Virus record (IMG/VR): IMGVR_UViG_3300049783_000823 | Reading direction: 5' to 3' (one strand) | DNA length: 64,000 nt | Source: an uncultured virus (IMG/VR IMGVR_UViG_3300049783_000823) | Taxonomy: Duplodnaviria; Heunggongvirae; Uroviricota; Caudoviricetes | Part shown: piece after piece, positions 59,400-64,000 of the stretch | Layout: every line of letters starts with the position of its first letter | How positions within the stretch are numbered: the first letter of the stretch is position 1 | Position numbers and translations under genes: made by a program | Notes under the pieces: generated by a model | Seen by the model: only the letters and a program-made list of their open reading frames with translations | Told to the model about the DNA's origin: nothing | Database searches by the model: none

Positions 59400-60306
59400 A
59401 CCTTTACTTGCCCCAAATGACGACCCTTTAAGAAACCCTAAATTCTTCGACTTATTGAAGTATCCACTAATGGTATCACCAAAACTGGATGGAATACGTG
59501 CCGTTATGCGCAAAGACATATGCAGCTCGCGTACCAATAAAGAACTCCCTAACATCAATTTGGGGGAGTTTGCTTTCAACCTGCGTGGGCTTGATGGTGA
59601 ATTCATAGCAGGTGAAGTTACTGACCATGATGTTTACAATCGAACGCAAAGTGTTATCATGTCAATCAACAAACCTACGGATGATATTACTTACTATGTA
59701 TTTGATGTGGCGGACCCTGAGTTCGCTAATACTCCTTTTAAGACTCGTATTCAGATAGCGGAACGAGACGTGAGAGCAGCTAATCTTAAGCACCCAGGTC
59801 TCAAGGTTGAATTTGTTGAGCATAGCCTCGTTGAAACATATGAAGAGCTTATAGCTTACGAAGAAGAGATGCTTGAGAAGGGGTTTGAAGGTATCATGCT
59901 AAGGGATCCTGAAGGGGTTTATAAACATGGCCGATCTACGATGCTGCAAGGGCATCTTATAAAGTTGAAGCGGTTTCAAGATGATGAGGCTGAAGTTATT
60001 GGGTTCATCGAGCAGCAAACCAACAACAATCCTATTTTTGTAAATGAAGTAGGCGGATCCTCGCGTTCAACTAAGAAAGACGGTCTAACACCAGCTGGTA
60101 CTCTAGGGAAGCTGATTGTGAGCTACAATGATATGGATCTAGAAGTATCATGTGGAACGCTCTCGCATGCTGATAGGAAGGTCATATGGAAAAACCAAGA
60201 TGCCTTTTTAGGACAACATATAACATTCAGACATTTCTTGCATGGCGCTAAAGACAAGCCGAGGTTTCCGAGATTCGTTGGATGGCGCAACATGGAGCAT
60301 ATGTGA
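59392..60306 (+). CDS. ATP-dependent DNA ligase
   Basis: SPKLDGIR, LDGE, YYVFD, EGIMLR, KLK, PRFP. Confidence 0.93.
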   Translation: MFKPLLAPNDDPLRNPKFFDLLKYPLMVSPKLDGIRAVMRKDICSSRTNKELPNINLGEFAFNLRGLDGEFIAGEVTDHDVYNRTQSVIMSINKPTDDITYYVFDVADPEFANTPFKTRIQIAERDVRAANLKHPGLKVEFVEHSLVETYEELIAYEEEMLEKGFEGIMLRDPEGVYKHGRSTMLQGHLIKLKRFQDDEAEVIGFIEQQTNNNPIFVNEVGGSSRSTKKDGLTPAGTLGKLIVSYNDMDLEVSCGTLSHADRKVIWKNQDAFLGQHITFRHFLHGAKDKPRFPRFVGWRNMEHM

Positions 60307-60539
60307 TGGGTATACAGTTCACAGAAGTTAAGAGAGTGCGACCTAACCTTTCGATAGCCCGTAAAGTAGATACATCGGTTGCGTATGCCATGAGGGTGCT
60401 GACACCTACTAAGCTACAGATGATGAAATCTAATGTAGATATATTAGATTCAGTAATCCGCACTTCGAGAGATCCAGAAGCTGTCGAGCGAGCTAAAGAA
60501 TCTAAACAAAATATAAAAGAACAAATGAAAGGAGCATAA

Positions 60540-61343
60540 ATGACTACGTCATTAACACCTGAATACTTAAGACTTGATAGCGCATTGTCTCGTTTCTTCG
60601 GAGACGGCTTCGGAGAAGACTATGAGTTTAGTCTTCAGGATCTTAAACGCGACTTTGCTGAAGCTGGCACAATGCTGTGCGGAGGTGCGATAACAAGCAT
60701 TTATTCAGGTATGAAGATCAATGACCTCGACTTCTATGTAAGAGACGAAGCTGGTGCTGATAAGTTACGAAAGGCTATTCTAACGCGTGGATACGAAGAA
60801 GTTTGCATCTCGAGAAATGCAATGACATATAAGCGCAAGAGCGTCAACTCTAGAAAGGTATGGACCATTCAAATCATAACAAGATTTATGGGACCGCCTT
60901 CTGAAATATTTGACACTTTCGATTTCACAATAACTCAGGGAGCTTATGATTTCAATCTAGGTTTCACAGCTTGTGAAGACAACCATGCTATGCCTAAAGG
61001 GGGTTTCGTTCTAGGAACCAGATTCTTGGAGGACATAGCCAGAAGAAGATTAGTATACCTCGGCGGGTCTAGATACCCCCTGTGCGCAATGTACAGAACA
61101 AAGAAGTATGAAGCAAAAGGCTATCGACTCCCAGGTAGTACCATAATGCATATCGGAATATCTATAATGCGTCTTGAGCTAGAAACCTATGGTGATCTCA
61201 AGGAACAGCTAAACGGTATCGATACGCAATTTCTTGGTAATATCTTGGGTGACTACGATGATATGCAAGAAGATGCTCCTCTAGATTATTCTTTATTTCT
61301 AGAAAGAGTTTTTGAAAAAATGACACCAGAACTATTCGATTAA
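60540..61343 (+). CDS. Pol-beta/CCA-type nucleotidyltransferase
   Basis: CGGAITS...NDLDFY; FDFTI...RTKKY. Confidence 0.7.
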   Translation: MTTSLTPEYLRLDSALSRFFGDGFGEDYEFSLQDLKRDFAEAGTMLCGGAITSIYSGMKINDLDFYVRDEAGADKLRKAILTRGYEEVCISRNAMTYKRKSVNSRKVWTIQIITRFMGPPSEIFDTFDFTITQGAYDFNLGFTACEDNHAMPKGGFVLGTRFLEDIARRRLVYLGGSRYPLCAMYRTKKYEAKGYRLPGSTIMHIGISIMRLELETYGDLKEQLNGIDTQFLGNILGDYDDMQEDAPLDYSLFLERVFEKMTPELFD

Positions 61344-61361
61344 TATAATACAGGAAAAATT

Positions 61362-61829
61362 ATGACAAGCTTTTTTAGAAACATTTGGGAAAAATTAGTG
61401 GGAAGACCTAAAGAGGTTCAAGCAGAATACGACAAACTTGTGGATACAACGCCTAGAATCGCCTCCACAGGATATGGTGAAAGCGGTTATTTCACTGAAG
61501 ATGATATCATATCCATAGCTGCAGCGAGCGGATCTGTCCGTTCTCGGCTGGAAAGAAATTCCGAAAGAGTAATGTCTATTGTAAAGAAGAGATCAAGGAT
61601 ATCTGATCCCAACTTTGTTAAGTCTGGAAGGATATCAAGACAATGGAAGGTAGAAGGAAGTCTTCTTTGTTACAGGATGCCGGCAAGCGTCAATCCTAAG
61701 CGGCTTATTCTGATGGCTTTTGATCCAAACACCACGTCTACCTTTACAGATAGCGTGGGTGTAACTTTAGAAGCGCTTGGGAAAGTTATGCCTAAGTGTC
61801 TCGAAGAGACCGAACGTCACCCGAACTAG
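61362..61829 (+). CDS. hypothetical protein
   Basis: AGGA RBS. Confidence 0.55.
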   Translation: MTSFFRNIWEKLVGRPKEVQAEYDKLVDTTPRIASTGYGESGYFTEDDIISIAAASGSVRSRLERNSERVMSIVKKRSRISDPNFVKSGRISRQWKVEGSLLCYRMPASVNPKRLILMAFDPNTTSTFTDSVGVTLEALGKVMPKCLEETERHPN

Positions 61830-61944
61830 CCCCGTTTGGGGCACAGTTGGCAGACAGGATGTTTTTCGCCAGCGAAGTGAGCTTCACCACGGCTCTCTCA
61901 AAACGCCTCAGGGTTTCGCTCTCTCAGCGTGCCTAGGCGTGTTT

Positions 61945-61962
61945 AACCCGTTAAATTAACCC
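61945..61962 (+). promoter_or_regulatory. class I promoter
   Basis: Exact AACCCGTTAAATTAACCC. Confidence 0.7.
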
Positions 61963-62088
61963 TGAAAGGGAAGTCGAATTAGCGGTATCACATCTCAGTT
62001 AGATTGGGAAATTGCCATAGGCAAATAATGGCCTATGGTATTACATTAAAAAGATTCAATAATGAATCACAACATACAGGAATATAAC

Positions 62089-62703
62089 ATGTCTGAATTA
62101 AAAAAAGGTTTCGTAGTAGAAGGTCAATTTTTCGCAACTAAAGCAGACGCAGAAGAATTTTTGCGTACACCGGTTGTCTTAGAAGCTTTGACAGTACTAA
62201 CTTCTGACGAAGCAAGTTCGAAGTGGTTGTTAGAAAATCGCGATGCAATTCTTAGCACGTATAAAGCAGGTCAAATCAGACGTGTATCAAAAGCTGAGCG
62301 TAAAGCATTGGTTAAAGCGTTAGATGAAGTTACCGAAGGTTTCTTAGCAGATAACCGTGATAGCATTATCACATCATTCCGCTGGCCTAAAGTAACCCGT
62401 GACACGGACTCAGCTGAAGCCCTTAAAACAGCTTTTGTTGAGCTATGCGAAGGTAACGAAGAACTAGCTGATTGGTTGCTTGCTACTAAAGCTGAATTGG
62501 AAGAAGCTTTCAATGCAGGCAAGCCTAAGCGTAAAGTTTCTCAGAAAGCTTTAGATGCTCTTGCCGAGTTCCGTAACTTGTCTAAAGAAGAGCAAGAAGC
62601 TCGTCGTGCAGAAAACCGTGCCAAGAAAGCAGCCGCTACAAAATCAGTTGAAGAAGCTACAGAAGCTCCAGAAGCTGAAGAAGCAAAGGCTGACAAAAGC
62701 TAA
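62089..62703 (+). CDS. probably highly expressed helical repeat protein
   Basis: CAGGAA RBS before ATG 62089; high-expression codon bias; three internal repeats. Confidence 0.65.
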   Translation: MSELKKGFVVEGQFFATKADAEEFLRTPVVLEALTVLTSDEASSKWLLENRDAILSTYKAGQIRRVSKAERKALVKALDEVTEGFLADNRDSIITSFRWPKVTRDTDSAEALKTAFVELCEGNEELADWLLATKAELEEAFNAGKPKRKVSQKALDALAEFRNLSKEEQEARRAENRAKKAAATKSVEEATEAPEAEEAKADKS

Positions 62704-62724
62704 TTAATTAGCTAAATGAGCATA

Positions 62725-62996
62725 ACCGACAAGGTCGGTCTAGCTTAAAGTACTATAAAACCACTCGATGTCTATTTGAAGATCACTGCCTACTGTCTAG
62801 CCGTAGGGTGTCCCTTTGATTTGACTAGAGTGGTTTTATTTTTGAACATTATAGGTTAGCAGACCTTTTCTGCTAGGGTGGGCTTACTCTCCACCCGCGT
62901 TACACTTTGGTGTAATTAGACTGAATATTAATACCACCAATGCCTTTCTCCTTTATAGGCAGAAATCTCATCAGAGACGCTGTACTTGGGTGGTAT
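62725..62996 (+). ncRNA. candidate structured RNA cluster
   Basis: At least eight stems in an ORF-free gap, including a perfect 12-bp stem. Confidence 0.4.
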
Positions 62997-63020
62997 GATT
63001 TCTTCAGTTATCATAATGGT

Positions 63021-63045
63021 AGCCCCTCTTAATTGAGGGGTTTTT
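63021..63045 (+). terminator. intrinsic terminator
   Basis: AGCCCCTC TTAATT GAGGGGTT TTT. Confidence 0.75.
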
Positions 63046-63047
63046 AA

Positions 63048-63647
63048 TTGAAAGAGGAGACTATAATGAAACGAAAAGGCATAGATACAGCTGCGTTAGC
63101 GAAGGCTTTCAGATTGAGAAGCTCCGCCGCAGATCTTGAGAAGGCAATGCTAGCCTTCAGCAAATTTAATCAAAACAAACAGAGGTTAGAAGAAATGAGC
63201 GAATCACTAAAAAACGATTACTTGGTAAGATTTTATGATAACGACAACGGCCCTGTGCCTGTTAAAGAAGATATCTATAGAGGCAGGTCAGCCACAGAAG
63301 TTATAAATTCCATCGAGAATAGCCAAATGTATGAAAACAGTCGTTTCTCTAGCTTTGCCGTCCGTAAGGTGGACGATATTGTAAGAATTAGAAACAGGAC
63401 TCTGAGAAAGAGAGTGTTAATACGAAGGGTTGCGAATGGTGTTCCGTTTCAGATAATCGAAGAGAATGGGGGTCTAGGCAGTATGGCTATGAAAGTCAAA
63501 TCCTCAAATACGACAAAAGATGCAAAAAACATTTTAGTGAACCTAAACACCAATACATCCTTTAGGATTAGAGGCGATGATCGCGAATGCTATCTTATCA
63601 ACTGGACGTCCCATTTTACTGGCTATGTACTTGAGGGAGATGAATAA
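63048..63647 (+). CDS. hypothetical protein (start likely 63066)
   Basis: GAGGAG RBS before ATG 63066. Confidence 0.55.
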   Translation: MKEETIMKRKGIDTAALAKAFRLRSSAADLEKAMLAFSKFNQNKQRLEEMSESLKNDYLVRFYDNDNGPVPVKEDIYRGRSATEVINSIENSQMYENSRFSSFAVRKVDDIVRIRNRTLRKRVLIRRVANGVPFQIIEENGGLGSMAMKVKSSNTTKDAKNILVNLNTNTSFRIRGDDRECYLINWTSHFTGYVLEGDE

Positions 63648-64000
63648 TGGAGCACATACCAAAACTTTGCATATATCACGGGGACTGTTTAGATGGATTC
63701 ACTGCAGCTTGGGTTGTTGATAAAGCTCATGATTCTATAGAGTTTCATGCAGGTAAATATGGAGAAGTCCCACCTGACTGCTCTGGAATGGATGTCATTC
63801 TGGTGGATTTCAGCTATCCAAGAGATGTTATGGTAAAGATAGCGAATGAAGCTAATAGTGTCTTAGTTATCGATCATCACAAGACAGCGCAAGCAAACCT
63901 GGTAAACCTTCCAGGCAATGTTACGCTTGTCTTTGACATGGAGAAAAGCGGTGCTAGATTGACTTTCGAATTCTTTTTCCCGCTTGAACCTGTGCCTGAT
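63647..64000 (+). CDS. DHH-family phosphoesterase, truncated by window end
   Basis: IYHGDCLDGFTAAW...VDFSY...IDHHKTA...SGA. Confidence 0.8.
   Translation, partial: MEHIPKLCIYHGDCLDGFTAAWVVDKAHDSIEFHAGKYGEVPPDCSGMDVILVDFSYPRDVMVKIANEANSVLVIDHHKTAQANLVNLPGNVTLVFDMEKSGARLTFEFFFPLEPVPD

Noticed and set aside
61981..61990. AGCGGTATC partial class II motif
   Set aside because: Only 9 nt match; the TTATATGAAGAAG half is absent.
62850..62925. tRNA gene
   Set aside because: Cloverleaf-like but no TTC T-loop, no D-loop GG and no 7-bp acceptor stem.
62940..62980. Minus-strand CTGATGA hammerhead
   Set aside because: Stem II closing pair and GAAA register do not fit.
1..64000. CRISPR array, DGR/retron, integrase, recoded stop codons
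   Set aside because: No regularly spaced repeats, reverse transcriptase or recombinase motifs were seen; core genes are intact in the standard code.

Overview
This is a 64-kb slice of a lytic, long-tailed dsDNA phage. Essentially all credible genes lie on the + strand. The csrA gene, an IHF consensus site and attC-like sites suggest a proteobacterial host (inference). The order is: small accessory genes bounded by attC-like sites (1-2200); a late region (2240-40400) with terminase, a fibre/lysis/receiver-domain block, portal, head, tail, tape measure, tail tip and a second lysis pair; then an early/replication region (40570-64000). The replication region carries an RNA polymerase, SSB, PolA, CsrA, 5'-3' exonuclease, primase-helicase, class II RNR, ATP-dependent ligase, a nucleotidyltransferase and a DHH phosphoesterase. 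The most notable system is a two-polymerase transcription apparatus. (i) A MuF/SPP1-gp7 minor head protein is fused to a complete T7-like RNA polymerase, a candidate portal-tethered, ejected virion RNAP. (ii) A second T7-like RNAP has its motif B cut by two related group I introns around a 45-nt micro-exon; one intron holds an HNH-AP2 gene with His->Arg at the catalytic position and the other only an AP2 remnant. (iii) Two distinct repeated promoter-like motifs partition between early and middle/late regions. Also seen: several structured intergenic RNAs, hairpins sharing a UAAY loop, a lambda-type -1 frameshift and a PolA with altered steric-gate residues. All calls come from reading motifs by eye; no database searches or folding programs were run.
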